From: Nitrosopumilaceae archaeon
GTDB lineage: Archaea > Thermoproteota > Nitrososphaeria > Nitrososphaerales > Nitrosopumilaceae
Reading direction: 5' to 3'
Assembly (NCBI GenBank): GCA_965207375.1
Contig: CBDBMG010000002.1
Location: 224,001 to 288,000 of the forward strand
DNA: 64,000 nucleotides
Position 1 is the stretch's first letter, and every line of letters begins with the position of its first letter. A program made the translations under genes and the position numbers. Below, in pieces: positions 48,048 to 62,440 of this stretch. The notes beneath the pieces were generated by a model. The model had not been told where the DNA came from and did no database searches. It was given only the letters and a program-made list of their open reading frames with translations.

Positions 48048-49895
48048 CTTTTCACTCTCTTTTGTTGAACAGTAGCTGTATTTTCTCTATAACTGTCTAC
48101 TACTGCATAAACCAGCAGGCGGATATGACATGATCGTGACCATTTGTTGGTATGCACACATATATAGCTAGCAAACTGCTAGATTACCAGTAACCTAATT
48201 GGAAAGAAGAAACTTGTAAATCATACAACCAAGTCTATGCTGTATAGCATGGTGATATTTGCAGGATATTTGCAGGGGTGGGGGATGTTTGAAGAGGTAG
48301 AGGGTGTTGGCAAGGGTGCAAGCCTTTGGAAGCCACTGTAATATTGTACTTGAAAAGTGAAAGAAGTGTGGATGGAGGCTCCAGGGAAGGACCTACCTGT
48401 TGGATGCAGCCTCTTCAGAATCAGAATTTGCTTTTTTTTCAAAATTTTGTATAAAATTATGGTATAAATTAGTAACTTGTACTTAAAGGCAGTGCGATGT
48501 TGCTGAAGCCGTTTAACTTTTTGTGATTTCACAACCTGTGAATTAACAAAAATCACATAAGAATATGTAGTTATCCCAAAATAGCAATGGAGCAAGTTAG
48601 TGTTCCGCGCGTTGGTCGTCCACTGAAGTATCCAGGAGGCTGGGGCAGTGCTAACAAGAGCATTTATTTATCTGAAAGTGTTTATCAGGGGTGGCTAGTG
48701 GTCCTAGGCACGCCTGGTGTTGTTGATGGCTATTTAATAAGACTATAACGATACGGTTCTTGTAATTATAATGAAATGTACGTACTTGTTTTGGCATGGT
48801 TTTCTCCTACTCCCGCAACGACAATTACTGGTACAGGTTGTTAAGATACATTCACGGTAATACATACTTGATAGAGACTAATAGCGTTCATTACATATAA
48901 CCCACACAATAACCCAACCAGCTTTAAAAACTATGTCTATGCAACAAGTTGTCGCATGAACTAGAGAAATGTATGCTTTAATAGAGTTATATAGCACTTT
49001 TTATGATGATAAGTATATTATTAATCTGCTCTGCAGAACTTCTGGCTAAAACCATGCCAACGCTAAATCAAAACGATTACTAGCTTCAAAAGCTATGTTG
49101 GGGTTACCTATTGTTGAATACACTAAAGCTAAGCTGGTTTGCCAACATTATTACACATGCACAGGATATTGGCCCCCTGTTCACCCTAGGTGGCCTGATC
49201 AGGTTGGTGTTTTAATTGGAACCTACTCAGCCACATCCTATACTTGGCTGTCTTCTGGCCTGGCCTGGCCTGCTAACTACATCATAGCATGTTGACCAGC
49301 TCATTTCTGTAAGACTGTGCCTCCCACATCCTTGGCTAACTGAATCATTAAATACATGTGGGCCATCAGACCCTTAAACATGATCACTATTTGAACTCTC
49401 ACTAGCTGTCAGGCAGGCAGAAGGCCTGAAGCCATGTTGTGATGTCATTTATTTTCTTGCAGCTAAGACCCTCTTCCTGTGGCCTTACATTTGTAGATCG
49501 GCCATCCTGAGTGATCGTTAGGGTATCACCTCTGGACGGGGTGTCCAACTCCACAAACTTTCATTTTTGGATCTTCTCCAGAAGCTTTGAGAGATTGGTG
49601 CAGTTTGCTTCACTGAATTCCCACTGCAGGACCCACTAGTATCATCAGTCAGTGATGGCATTGTTATTGTCTCTGCTGTCAATGATGGGGCCACAAAAAG
49701 AGAGATATCTGACCCTATAACTCAAAAATGATAGACCAAGTTGAAGACTACCTTATAGAAGAACTTAGAAAAGCCATGCATGTAACATTTTCTGTAGCTA
49801 CAAAATAAAAATTTGTGAGCCTGTTGCACTTCGCAAATTTAGGACTTTGCAAACAAAATCTACTGTATGGTTTCGCATTTGCAATGTATATATAT

Positions 49896-50176
49896 ACTAG
49901 TAAATATAAAAAATTGTTAATTTCAAAAAGGAGAATAGGGATCCTGAAAAAAACTACCTAAACAAGGTGAAGATAGTGAGAGTTTGTGATTTTATTATAT
50001 TTGAGATCCCTATTTTGACTGTTGAAATGATATATGTAGTTGACCATACTACTGTCAAAATAGGGATCTCAAATATAATAAAATCACAAACTCTCACTAT
50101 CTTTACCTTGTTTAGGTAGTTTTTTCAGGATCCCTATTCTCCTTTTTGAAATTAACAATTTTTTATATTTACTAGT
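49896..50176. repeat. Near-perfect foldback (arms ~123 bp, ~34-nt loop) with ACTAG ends and TAGGGAT motifs
   Basis: actagtaaatataaaaaattg...gatccctattttgac / gtcaaaatagggatc...tttatatttactagt. Confidence 0.9.
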
Positions 50177-50529
50177 TTCTTTAGTTTTTTCATGTCCATT
50201 GCTGGACAGTGACACCTGCATATGAAATGTATGAACAACTATCTTTATAATTGACCTGTCACTATCAATAGACATAATTAAGAAACATATCTTATCAATT
50301 TTCTCTGGACTAAATTCACTGCTAACTTTACATCTGACCATCCCTGTTCATTTCACTTCGTACGCCCCTGTTATCGATGCTCCAAGATACCAGTTGTCAT
50401 GTGTTACCATCATTTATCAGACTTTTGAACAGCATGTATAGTCAGCCATCTAGTTTAATCCAGTAACTACCTAACTATTATTATAGCTTTATTATAGCTA
50501 AATAGCTAATTACTGAGATGATAGTAGAG

Positions 50530-51051
50530 CTTACTATCATCTCTCAGTATGAACACCCATCTTGTAATCATGCATACGCACACAGATACCAATAGCTAAC
50601 ACGTTTGTACTGTAAAACCAATAATTACAATTACAATTACTATTCACGTAACAAATCTTTCTGGCAGCCTCCTTTTTCTTTTCAGGGTTGCTCTCATAAG
50701 CCTCCCTAGTGGCCTCTTTAGCAACCCGCACGGCACGCCCACTTTTAAAACTGAAGTGCTCCATCTTGTTAGTAATGTACAGCTGGTTAAACGGCTTTTA
50801 CCACGTAATGAACAACAAATACCGCGTAACCTTGCTCCTCTTTGGCAGCAACTCATGACGCGCTTCGTTACTAAGGCCCCTCCCATCAATAGTATCGATA
50901 GCAAGTGCCTTATAAAGAAACTGAAAAACAGTAGGACTTGTTAAATTGGTTACTCAGGCTTCATTTCGGCTTTAATGGCCCGAGGGGCGGACACACACAG
51001 ACGCGCGCGCACATACCGGCTTCCAGGGCAAAAGCACGCGCGCTGGTTAAA
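50530..51051 (-). mobile_element. Helentron-like non-autonomous element with a short coding remnant
   Basis: Homology to 34730-35620; remnant AYESNPEKKKEAARK resembles the low-complexity N-termini of such elements. Confidence 0.45.
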
Positions 51052-52096
51052 TACAATAATTAACACACCACACAATAGCACTTACCTTAGAATGGATAAA
51101 TCCACTGTGTCATTGTCCACCTTAAACAGTTGTGAACAACACTCAGCTGACAACGTGGCGCTTTCTAATTAAAGCGCCTTATCTCGGAAAACTTTGTGTT
51201 ATATATGACGCGGAAAATAAAGGACTTAGTTATTTTCCTAGCGATGAAAATAAAGGGTTGAAATCAATAGCTGAAATACGTTGCTCAGTTATAAAATCAC
51301 TTATTACAGATAGTATGGCGTTAATAAGATTGGTCACATAATGTTGAGGTCGTTTCTGCACATGCACCACGGGCGTTCGTATGGCTTCTCGATCTTTATG
51401 GAGGGAGTTTTGGCTCGTATCTTCCAAACCCTTTAGAAAACGAACTTTTTAAAATATCACAGACCTGAGTAGGGGCATTTTAAAGATACGCCAGCAGTTT
51501 TTATTTCTGATTTCGAATTTGTGTGGACTGTAGATGCGCTAAAGAAGAAGAAAGAAGAAGAAGAAGATGGAGAAATCGGGGTATTTTCAACAACATGAAA
51601 AATATAGATACCATATAGCTAGGCTTTTTATACTTCGGTAATAGTCTTAGGAGTATTGAAAGAGGATCTGGGCAGTTTTTTCAACAGCATAGGAAGCTTT
51701 AAAGATGGTTTTTGGCGTACGTTCTATTAGAGTGTTTACACAATTTTTCATTGGATCCCTATTATGAACCACTACCGTGGTTCATGATATTTGCATATAT
51801 GATTTCAACAAAAATTCTTGCTAATGGCTGCAAATGATCCAATCTCAATATCATAATTATACTCGGGATGTTTCACAGTTTCTTGAGGTGGCCGAATATC
51901 ATTTATTAAAACATCAAGTGCCACATCAGCATTCGGCAGGCAATGATCTCATTACAAGGAAGCAACCACATTGTATTCTGTCATCAACAGTATCTGTATA
52001 ATAGCTGATGGCCGACTGCTATTTCAAGCTCTGATCAATGTTAGACATTCTGGGCTGTTCATCAGTACTCATGAGCTCGACATATTCATCACCAGG

Positions 52097-54130
52097 TCAA
52101 GTACCACTGCGATCCAGCTGCTCTATGTTATCTGAACCTTCATCAGGTTTGTGCTTCTTAGGGATTGCCCCTAAGGGACTTAAGTGAATTTCTGGAGGAC
52201 TGACTACATACCTTTGCATCCTACCCAGCTGTACTTCCCGTTCAAGGTAGGTGGTGATCACGTTGGGGTTTTTAGTTGGCATATTCTTTGAGCTTGAGCG
52301 GAGTAAGTGTCTATGATTGAAGCCTATATAAAATCCTTCTGTTATTCCTTTCAATATATAAGTTGTGAAAAAGTGGTCGGTGTGACCAGAGAGTTCCTTG
52401 GTCCAGGCCTCTACCTTAAGTGGGGAGTGACAACCTGACAACTCCCCCTGCTTGCACTCTTCCTGAGCTGGCTTGCAGGACTCCAGAGCCATCAAGTGCG
52501 GAGAGTATATGTACATCCCATCCCTAACACAGCTGTTTAGATGACATTGGAGGTTAGTGTCTGTAGGGGAGCAGCGCGGAACACATGAGCATAGCTATGA
52601 TCACGCCCTAAATAGGCGGAGAGCTGATCCCCATGCATTCCTTGCTGTGTGCCTAAAAATAAATGCAAGAGTATGAGCCGTGTGTGCATATTTAACCATC
52701 CCTGAGGTTGCATGGCGATTATAGGAGCTGTGTTGAGTTATAACCATCAAGATGAGAATTATACACATATGATTATTAACAATTTCATGGTAAATGAGTA
52801 ATGAGATCACTAATAGGAGTCTGAAATATCAGCCTTATCAACGCTAGGACCGTCGCGGCCAGGACATTGCCTTGACCGCGACGGACAGTTGGGGGCCCTA
52901 TGAGTTCCCCCGCAGAAGTAGCAGCTGTGGGAGAATCTACATCCTGACTTCCTGCATGCTTTCTCAAAATTCCATGCTCGGCATCCGCGGAGTCCTGAGA
53001 CAGAGCTTGTTCCACCTTTTGGGCCTGACTCCAGCAGCTGGGAGAAGGGAGCTACTCTTTGCTGGGATGCCATGCACTGGCAAAATATCGGTAAGTTCAG
53101 TTCTCCCCAGCTCCTTAAGTTTTTTGCTGCTGCCCACTCCCTGAAGGACTTGTCGTAGTGAAGCCATTGGCTGCCACCCAGGTCTTTCGCCAGCTGCAGT
53201 ACACTGAATATGTGGGCTAGTAAGCCGGCTGATTCTGGCTTGGTGGTGGAGTCGGCTGAAATTAAAGCAGCTGCATACATGGAATATGCCTGCGACCATG
53301 ATTGAATATCCAAGGCTATCTTTCTTTTCTTTGTGGGGTTGGTGGATGGAGATACCACCAGCGCCTGGCCATTGAACACAACTGTGGATGAACTGTCGTC
53401 GGGAGTATCATTTGCCAGCAGCGTGGCAAGGTCTATATACTCCCATCTCCTGATCCAACACTTTCGATAGGATAGGGGGGTGCCATCTGCGACTAGCACC
53501 GAAGAGGTGCTTGGCTGGTTTTGACCTTGCTCTGCTCCTGTAGATAGCTCGGCTAGCTGCTGAACTTGAAAGGCTGGTAGAGTTGGGGTTGTCCTCACCA
53601 ACGACACCTCTGCTGGCAGGCAAGCTAAGGCTGGGAGAACAGCTCCTATAGAAGGACGAGACAACATGAGGTTCTGTTGTCGCCAACCGGCCCTTGGGTT
53701 TTGTCCCATATTGAGGCTGCCCGCTAGGGCTGTCTGGTAACAGTTTCCCTTGGTTTGTACCTGGACCATTAGCTACTATAACAATCTCTCATCTATGGCT
53801 CTGGTAAATGGTATGACCTTGCATGAAGCCTTGTTTACTTCCAGTGTGGTGGACTGCCCCCAGTCAAGCCAGGTGAGCTTGCACAGAGCCCATGGTGATT
53901 TTCCAACTGTTTATTCACACCTAGCCCTGCCGGGAGCACTTGCTGCCTAGGACCCATGGCTTAGATGACTTGCCGCCTAGGACCATGGCCCTGAGGGTCT
54001 GCTTCCTGCCACAGGTCTGTGGCCAGGTGTATTTGCCGCCAAGAATAACTGTATTAAGATCTGCATTTTCACTGGCATCTGGAGCTAGCGCCAGTATTAA
54101 CATCAGGCTATCACTGGATCTTTGAGTGCA
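52097..54130 (-). mobile_element. DIRS/Ngaro-type retrotransposon 5' part (gag-like ORF with Cys/His finger + start of RT)
   Basis: 52810-53769: WEYIDLATLL..IQSWSQAYSMY..WLHYDKSFREWAA..CRAWNF..CRFSHSCYFCGGTHRAPNCP. 52097-52516: SPLKVEAW..YILKGITEGFYIGF..YLEREVQLGR..LSPLGAIPKKHKP, then truncated. Confidence 0.82.
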
Positions 54131-55699
54131 CATGAAAATTTATTTTAAATATTGCCATCTAAAATCCAGGTATTACATGCATATGTACAAAAAACCAAAG
54201 CTTTTGTATCATCATTAGGTAGAGTGCCAGGTATTACATGCATATGTATGAAAAACCGAAGCTTTTGTATAGGATTTTACCAATCAATAGTCATAAACAG
54301 TGTAAATCCAGTGTCCTCTGTAAGGCCTCACGACTTGGCCACGATCCATTTCTTAAGTATTCAACACACAGTAGCTGAAGAAAGTTGATGTCGAAAGGCC
54401 AAAATCTTGATTAGGAGGATTTAATTGCAGTTTCATTAAGGTTAATATAATAATAAATGATTCAAAATATAATATAAATGATTCAAAAGGGCTAAGCTTA
54501 CTGTTTACAGAAAAAGATAGCACTTATATATCTGGGTAGCATTCCACTTCCATTGTCTCGGACAAGAATTGCTATAAACAAACAACAATAACAAAGAAAT
54601 AAAATCAAACAAACTCAAACAGTGCTAATAGTAAGGAATTCCTGAGTAAAAGATAAAATACTTTTTGTCTACCTGTAGCTGTTCTCTAGTAGGATAGCCA
54701 CTACTAACTTCTTCCCGTTTGCATTGATTACTATAAAGACCTGGTTAAGCATTCGCAAAATTAAAGTCGTGATAGTCAAAAACTTGGGATTTGTGAAATT
54801 TACATCTCTCAAATTTTGTACATAGTTACATGGTAAATAGCACATGCATGACTGTTCATTAACAACTTTTTTGTTGGAAAAGTGTTGCAAGCATCAAAGC
54901 TTGATGAAGCTTTAACATTGCATGATCAAGTACCATTGTTGTGGGATCCTCTCCAAATGCCAAACAAGCTATTGTTGCAATAGCATAAATCCCACACACA
55001 TTTTGTATGTATTTAAATATTACAATATATTGTTATGTTCTGGAATCTGTAACAGGATAATTTAATAAGTAATGCATTTACAAAGCGCATTTCTAACCTG
55101 TTGCTGCCACCAGCTGCCAGAGGTGGTGGTGGTGGAGGTGGTGGTCCTACCCTTCTTGCGAGGCCGCTGCCAGGGCCTCTCTCTATTTTTCCTTTTTCTC
55201 CTATGCCTCCTTGGAGCCAGCGGCATTGCTGGATGAGGAGAGAGAGGAGTAGGAGGAGCTCGTGAAGGCGTTGGCCCCTCCTCCTCCTTGTCCATAGATT
55301 ATCGCAGTGTTTCTTCGCTTGACATTCTATAAAATAATAAGGTTATAAACACGGCAAGCATACATGAGCCATGCAACTCACCAAAGGTAAGGTTCAACAA
55401 AAACCTGCTAAATGAGTATTGTCATGGATATTTTATTTTGATATGTTATCTAGCTAATAAACTCCTGTAAAGGTGGTAGTACAAAAGAGCCAATAAAATA
55501 ATATTAGGTGTAGTTCCAATTTGGTGCAAAACAGCTATCACACAAGGGTAATGCATATACAGTGACTTCATTCATATACACACTCGCACAGAGACAAGTG
55601 ATATTCAACTTTGTTACCTTTGATACTGCAACTGTAAAACATCTCAGCCTACTCATCCATTTTACTGGCCCCTTTGATGTTTATTAGGTGATACTTGCA

Positions 55700-55817
55700 A
55701 TATAGAATTGAGCAATATCTAAAAGAATCACCTCTTACACCATTTCAGCATGCTAACTCTTACTTCTGTTTTGTACAGCTGACAAAATTAGCAAGACAAT
55801 ACCTTGCACCTCCCCCA
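55700..55817 (+). pseudogene. hAT transposase C-terminal remnant
   Basis: IEQYLKES..FVQLTKLARQYLAPPP resembles the start of the hAT dimerisation region. Confidence 0.45.
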
Positions 55818-56817
55818 CATTGGTTAGTATGTTATCGTGATAAACTCCCGATTCATTGCAACTACGTTTCCAAGCAACTCGTACCACTTCTTTTTTATCA
55901 AGTGCTGTTTTCCTCCTAGGGATTTAATTAATTCGTGTTTTCTGTGTTTTTATTTGGTTTGTGGGATTTTGTTATTAGTTGGTAGGTTTTCCATTTTTCC
56001 CATATTTTTGGTTGTATTTTCCAAACACTACTGTTGAATTACCAACGTTAGCTACATACATGCAGCCATGTTGCACCACAGTGCATGATACAGTAGTTTC
56101 AGAATTACTTGGATCTCCAGCAGAAGTTTTTCCCATGAAATGTCATTTAAATTATAGTGATATGGCCATTTACGTAAATAAGTTGTTCATGCAGTGTATA
56201 TCAGTATATGTGACTGGATTTAAGAAAACTGACCGTATTGTCCTTTTTTGTGTTTCAAGAAATCTGAATTTCAAGAAATCTGAATTTGAAATATTCAAGA
56301 CACTGCAGTTGACTGAAGCTTGATTGTAGCCACACCAGATTTGCATCATACGAACACCAGTCTTATACCTAGCATTGCATGATCAAAAGTTTTTGAAAAC
56401 TTTCTGTAATATCACGATTGTTGTGTATAAGATGTTGGTTGGGTGGGAGAATGGTGGTGGAAAGACGGGTGGGTCCAGGGAAGTTGAGACCCAGGCAGCC
56501 AAGGTGTTTGTTCAGTAACTAACACAAACAGCTACAATGGGCCCAGACCATGACAAGGGGAGAAGTGGACGTTGACCAGCCCCCATGTTGATTGGTGCCA
56601 CTAAGTGCCAATATGTAATGAGGATACCACAAAACTATATAACAGTAATTGTTACATAGCTAAAATCATTATAGTTGTGTTTGTTTGCGTACCAATGCCT
56701 GCACTTTTTCATGAAGAAGCTTTACCGTGAAGAGATTTCCTAGATCTGGAGTGGGATAAAATCTTCACAAATTTTTAGTAATAGACACCACAATCTCACC
56801 TAAACAGCTAATAGCTG

Positions 56818-57056
56818 CATTGTCACAGTTTATTTCATCAAATAAACAGCATTACTCCCTAAGATTAGTACATAGCAACATCATCACAGTTGATTTGATC
56901 AAATAATCAAGCATTGCTCCCTAAGATTACCACATAACAACATTGTCACAGTTGATTTCATCAAATAAACAAGCATTACTCGCCAAGATTAGCAAGTAGC
57001 AACATTGTCACAGTTGATTTCATCGAATAAACAAGCATTACTCTCCAAGATTAGCA
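56818..57056. repeat. ~61-bp tandem repeat, 4 copies
   Basis: Unit cattgtcacagttgatttcatcaaataaacaagcattactccctaagattag..caa. Confidence 0.85.
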
Positions 57057-58106
57057 CACTACCACCATATTTTGGTCTATCCCGTTGAGCAACAGCATCA
57101 TATCCTCACTATCCAATTGAGTCTAAGTGAGACAAAAAATGATGACGATACAGAGCACAGGCTCTGCTCAATTCTCCACATGCCTGACAAAGTGAGCATA
57201 CATTGCAATACAAAATATATTGAAGCACTCTCTTTGTTCTCCAGGTCATTTGGGAGAATATTCTCCAAAATTCTAATGGAAGAGAAGAAAAAGGCTAAAG
57301 AATCATTTAAAGACACATGTCCATTAATTTTCTTTTGAATGAATATATTTTGGGCCACGTGAACGAAATAACAGGTGTACAAGTCTTCGTTTCACATTAG
57401 TTTTGCATGTGTATACACTATTATAATAACCAACCATTCTCCTCTAACAAAATTTATTATCAATGTCTTTCCTAAATACTTTATACCACATCAGTATTTC
57501 TTTCTCAGTTTGCAGCTCTTGCTTCATTACATATTAAAAATGTTTTGTTATAAAATTGAAGATAAAATCAATAACAAGGCCAGCACTGTTTGCTGCATTT
57601 AGGGCAGCTCCAGTAGGGAGTTTATCTACCTAACTTTTTGTTAGCTACACGGACAAAAGTTTCATCCTTGCTATGACAGTAAATTATCATCTTGAACATA
57701 GAAAGTGATTCTATTGTAACCACAGTTACTAGTGCAGAAAATGGGTGTTCCTACTAGAGAATTCATGTAGCAGCTTCCAATGCTTGTAAGGATTCCCCAT
57801 CCTTTAAAATTACTCAAGAGTGCAAATTACTTGTACCAAATACTCAATGAAATTTTAAGCTAGGATTTTTACTGTAAAATATCTTTCACACAACTGTAAA
57901 GTTGCACTTGAGAAGTACGTACCATATGTACTGTAGATTTTGTTATAAGCAATCTAATGTATTTGTAATACCAAATCATTGTTTGATGAACATCAATACT
58001 ACACTATTTATTCAAGTGAATATTAACTGTCAGTTACAGTGAACAGTGAGGAATAATAATACCACTATTTGCTATATCTATACAAAGCTATATACATTTG
58101 ACATAT

Positions 58107-58342
58107 GTGACCAAATTTGCAGAACGGGTCTTATACATGCATTCAATTTTGCAAATTAGATGAGTCATAACTTTCTTTGTGATTATGCTATTACATTAAA
58201 ATTTTTATCCACATTAGTTTATTGACAGGAAAGTCCTCTCACAAAATTTCAAAGCTGTACCTCAACTACAAGCTGAGTTACACCTCCTTGAAGTTGGAAA
58301 ATCGGATGCATGTATAAGACCCCTTTTCGCAAATCCAGTCAT
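58107..58342. mobile_element. Small GTGAC-type MITE
   Basis: GTGACCAAATTTGCAGAACGGGTCTTATACATGC / GCATGTATAAGACCCCTTTTCGCAAATCCAGTC; ATAT flanks. Confidence 0.65.
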
Positions 58343-58350
58343 ATATGTAA

Positions 58351-58470
58351 TAGTTATAACACAGGCAAGAGTGCTTTGCCTGATATATACGCACGATGCC
58401 CGGGGGGGTGCAGCGCCCGAGGGCGAGTGCGTATATATCAGGCAAAGCACGAGTGCCTGTGTTATAACTA
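58351..58470. repeat. Palindromic element (arms ~45 bp, GC-rich centre)
   Basis: tagttataacacaggc..tatatacgcac / gtgcgtatatatcaggc..gtgttataacta; self-complementary ~31-bp repeats further downstream at ~59039-59123. Confidence 0.75.
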
Positions 58471-59331
58471 ATATATTCCACTTCCGGCACTCTCAAAATC
58501 TGCTCAAACTTGATGTTAGATGCTCAGCCGCTTTATATAGTAACAGATACTGGTTGTGATTGTGGGACAATGTTTTAACGTTTCTATGACGTTTTAAGGT
58601 ATTAATTTCGATTATGGGAATTATACAACACTTCATATTACAATGTATAACGGCTGTCACTAGCTAAAAATATCGTCAAAAGAATACAAAAATGATGGTA
58701 AGAAACTATTCTATATATAATTAAGAAATTTGGCGATGCTTAGTATATCGTGTATACATATAGCGCTCTTTATATAGAACACAAAGAACTAACCTCAAAT
58801 ACTCTTCTTTTGACCTCTAATATTCTCTTAACAATCAATAGAACAATAATAAAACAATATTCAAGACCAATATTAAGCTTTACTAAACCAATGAAATAGA
58901 CAAACATAAAATTTGAAATCCACAATCGAAACCAATTTGTGTTACTATATAAAGAATGGCACTTTCATGTCTTATATCAAAGTATTTTAAGGAAGTTGTG
59001 AAATTTTTTAACGAGATTAAGTGTGCGATATTTTTTATATCGCACACGTAAGTGTGCGTTATTTTTTATATCGCACACTTAAGTGTGCGTTATTTTTTAT
59101 ATCGCACACTTAGGTGTGCGATATGAGATTTATACACTGGCTTTTCCCTTTTATCTGAGGTGTCAAAGTGGTATATATATATACATACAGTACAGTTATG
59201 AACTGAATAAGTAATTAATTTATAACAAAAAAATTGATATAAATTTCTATTAAAATTTTCTACTGTATATACATACCGTAAATAGTTTTGATTATTAATA
59301 TTTTATTGACTATTAATATTTTATTGTCAAT

Positions 59332-59841
59332 TAGGGGTGGAACAAAGCCTTTAAACCTTCGAATGTTAAACAAACTTCAAAGGGTAAAACTCCTTTGAAG
59401 CTTCATAACATGCTACACACTAATATTATGTACAAATAATATTGGTTTTCTTGATTGCAGCAGCCTGTACTTCTTGATGCTCGTGTGCCACGCCTACTTT
59501 TAAATCAAAAAATTGGCTTTTTGGTGAAGTACAAGCTTTAAAACACCTTATTTAGCGATAGTTAATGCATAGAAAACATCATTTATCCTTTAGTTAGCAT
59601 TTAGTTATGCATGATAGCTGTACGAACATGTCCATATTTGTGATCGATTGATCGCATAATTTTGTACTGCTGTTACAAGTTAACCAAATAGTATAAACTT
59701 ATAAAATAAGATTAGAAAGTTGAAATGCTTTAGCATGATATGGATAAATACAAAATCCATTTTGTACCAAAGCTTCGAACCTTTGGTTTATTTTATTAAC
59801 GAAGGTTCAAAGGGTAAATTTTAACCTTTGTTTCAGCTGTA
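59332..59841. mobile_element. Decayed hAT-type MITE
   Basis: TAGGGGTGGAACAAAG / CTTTGTTTCAGCTGTA; flanks TTGTCAAT/TTGACAAT. Confidence 0.55.
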
Positions 59842-60799
59842 TTGACAATATATCACTCAACCCATGCTCATTTCTTAATGCATTCATTTACTGAAATTTG
59901 TACCGCACGTGCAGCACATTGCAATATCATGTACCAAGTAATTTTTGCTTTGCATAGTTTAATGATTGTGGTCCCAGTATGTGAACTGTTATAATCACAT
60001 GCATAGCTGATTTTAACAGTTGATGACTGGCTTGCTACAATTATCACTGGGCAACATTTTTGAGGATTCAATTTTTTGTGGATTTTTAGTGATCTTCATT
60101 GATTCTCCGCTTTAATACCATAGTCTAGTACCTTGCATGAAATATTTTGAAAGTCTATAAACCTTAAAATTTAGTCTCCTCAAAAATGTCTACCTACAGT
60201 ACTACTGATCTAAGAAGTATACATTACTAGCTACCATTTATAGCTAGCTACTGAGTGCAAGTATAAAACTATGTGTATAACCGTGCTGTTGTATTACTCA
60301 TCAAGCACATTCGATATTTTGTGTTCTAAATTGGATTTTTATTAACAGTAGTTGAAAATGTTAACATTGTATCAACATTACATATCACCTTCATCAATGC
60401 ATCAATTAGCTTTTTTGCACTTACATAAGTACTAAAATCGGTGAAACATAAGCTTGCATTTTATAACCTTATATTTTTGAGTTTTGATGACATTTTCTGT
60501 GTTCTTCTGGCTACAGAAGCTGAGACAATGAATTAATAAAAGTTGAATAAAAACTAAACTATATTGTGTTATGGAATTTTATACAGTAATCTCTGAGTAT
60601 TGTAGCATCCCTATTAAATAGAGTGTTTGTTTGTTTGTTTGTAAACATGATTTGGTGGTACAAGTGCGATTGAAAAAGATGTGACTGGATTTGCAAAATC
60701 CAATCCATTTTATTGCTTGATATTGTGGCCACACTCAAGTATTATCCAGACACACCGACAATAATGGCCCATTACCTTTCTATGTTATAAACAGGCTTT

Positions 60800-61620
60800 T
60801 CATTACATCTGGATACCTTTTGATTAAACTGCCAGTTTAAATCAGACACTGTTGGTATACTGATTGAGGAATTTTGTAGAGTATCCTTTTTGAGAAGGTT
60901 ATGCTTGCACTTTAAATTGAAAACATAAAGCGACTCAGCTCACGAGTTGTTACATAAGTATCATTTCATCACTCCAACAGCCACACATTTACTGATTCCT
61001 GGGGCATGGTATGAGGTAGTATGCCAAACGGTTTGTTGGTTTAACGTGTGTTTTTATTAATTTAAAATTGTGTCCCTTAAACATATTGAAAAGTAGTTTT
61101 GTCAGAATTTTATTCAAATGTAAATTTGATTAGGCTTAAGAATAATAATTGTGAAAATATTTGGAAGGAATAATAGGTGAATTTTTGGCTCAAGCTTAAA
61201 TTTGTTTGATGGGTGGTATCTATTAAGGGAAGTTGAGTACAGTAGTTGAATGTAGCCAGAGGATGAAAATTTCCCTATTTAGCATTTGTAGTAAGTTAGT
61301 TTGAGAGGGGTGGAGTTAAGGATAATTTACTTGACAAATGCCGGGGCTAGTTTTGTATCCATAGCGGTCCCTTGTTATTGTACATAGCTTTTGTCGTTAA
61401 ATTCAAATGTATTGCTTTTAAGATAATCTCGAGAAGGGTAATTAATGTTTTTGTATCGAGCTGGTCAGGATTGTTGGGGGAAGAGCCACCAGCTGCTTTT
61501 AAGCCATGCTTTGGATCATTGTCATGTTGCAGACCTGTGGAAAACCTCTCTCTAATAAATGGAAGTAAGCCTACTTCTAATACAGTTCCAGGTGTTGAAC
61601 ATTGATAATTCCAGTGAATA
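60800..61620 (-). mobile_element. Decayed Penelope-like retroelement RT fragment
   Basis: LKSNTFEFNDKSYVQ*QGTAMDTKLAPAF..IFILWLH..HVKPTN..SYH motifs, typical of PLE reverse transcriptases; boundaries approximate. Confidence 0.65.
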
Positions 61621-62199
61621 TTATGACATTGATTGCTCCTTTGGTTGATATGCCCTCCCTAAATATGAACTTTTACAGGATGTTTTGCTTCCTGTTTGAG
61701 ATGTATTGGTTGTAAGTGTTTCCTAAAACACAGGTGGCTATGGTTCTCTAGTTGCACTGTACACCTTTTGTGAAAATGACATATTAAAATTTCTCATTCG
61801 CTCTTAATTGTCTTGCACCACAATAATCTCTTTTGTTCAGCTGAAAGAGTATACATAAACATCATGATTGTGTGATAGTGTGGAGCAAAAGAATTATATG
61901 TTGTTGATTTTTATCAATGACATAGGCAGCAGAATTTAAGATTCAAATTCAATTTTTGCAATAGAAAATCACTAAGTGGCCCCATAACTTTCTCCGCCAC
62001 TGATCATTGATATGCTACGTTTGTATACATTCTACAAGCGTAGCATAATTATTAGCATTCATTAATTATTTCCTGGTGATGCTACATTTATTTATAACAG
62101 TTAGAACTCTTAATATTTCATACGATTACGTAATCTAATTTATGTACTAGTTTACAGTACACTACAGGTAGCATACTCTCTGTACCCCGAGAATATACA

Positions 62200-62440
62200 A
62201 TCTGACAATAGTGTAGCCTTGTGCACACCCATCCAATTTGTTTCCGGATGCGTTTAATTGTTGGAATAGATACTTGAAGATCAGGCCACTTCTCTGTTGA
62301 AAAGACAGGGGCTGTTGAGCAGTGAGCTCATCGTTTTCTGTTAGTGCATCGTTAAACATCTGTAACATTGCTTCTGTTAACTTTCTAACCCTTGCTCTTT
62401 GAGGAAGATCTCGTTTCTCAATATTTCCTGATGAGATTAA
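62200..62440 (-). pseudogene. Tc1/IS630-like transposase N-terminal HTH fragment
   Basis: GNIE.DLP..R.RKLT..ALTENDELTA..WPDLQVSIPTIKRIRKQIGWVCT (across a frameshift). Confidence 0.55.

Noticed and set aside
55062-55295. Pro/Arg-rich 77-aa ORF ending near a possible splice donor
   Set aside because: Low complexity, no recognisable domain and no linked exons found.
56818-57056. ~61-bp periodic repeat as a possible repeat-spacer array
   Set aside because: The whole unit is repeated; there are no unique spacers.
57072-57900. Short overlapping ORFs that might be a decayed coding relic
   Set aside because: No motif recognised on either strand.
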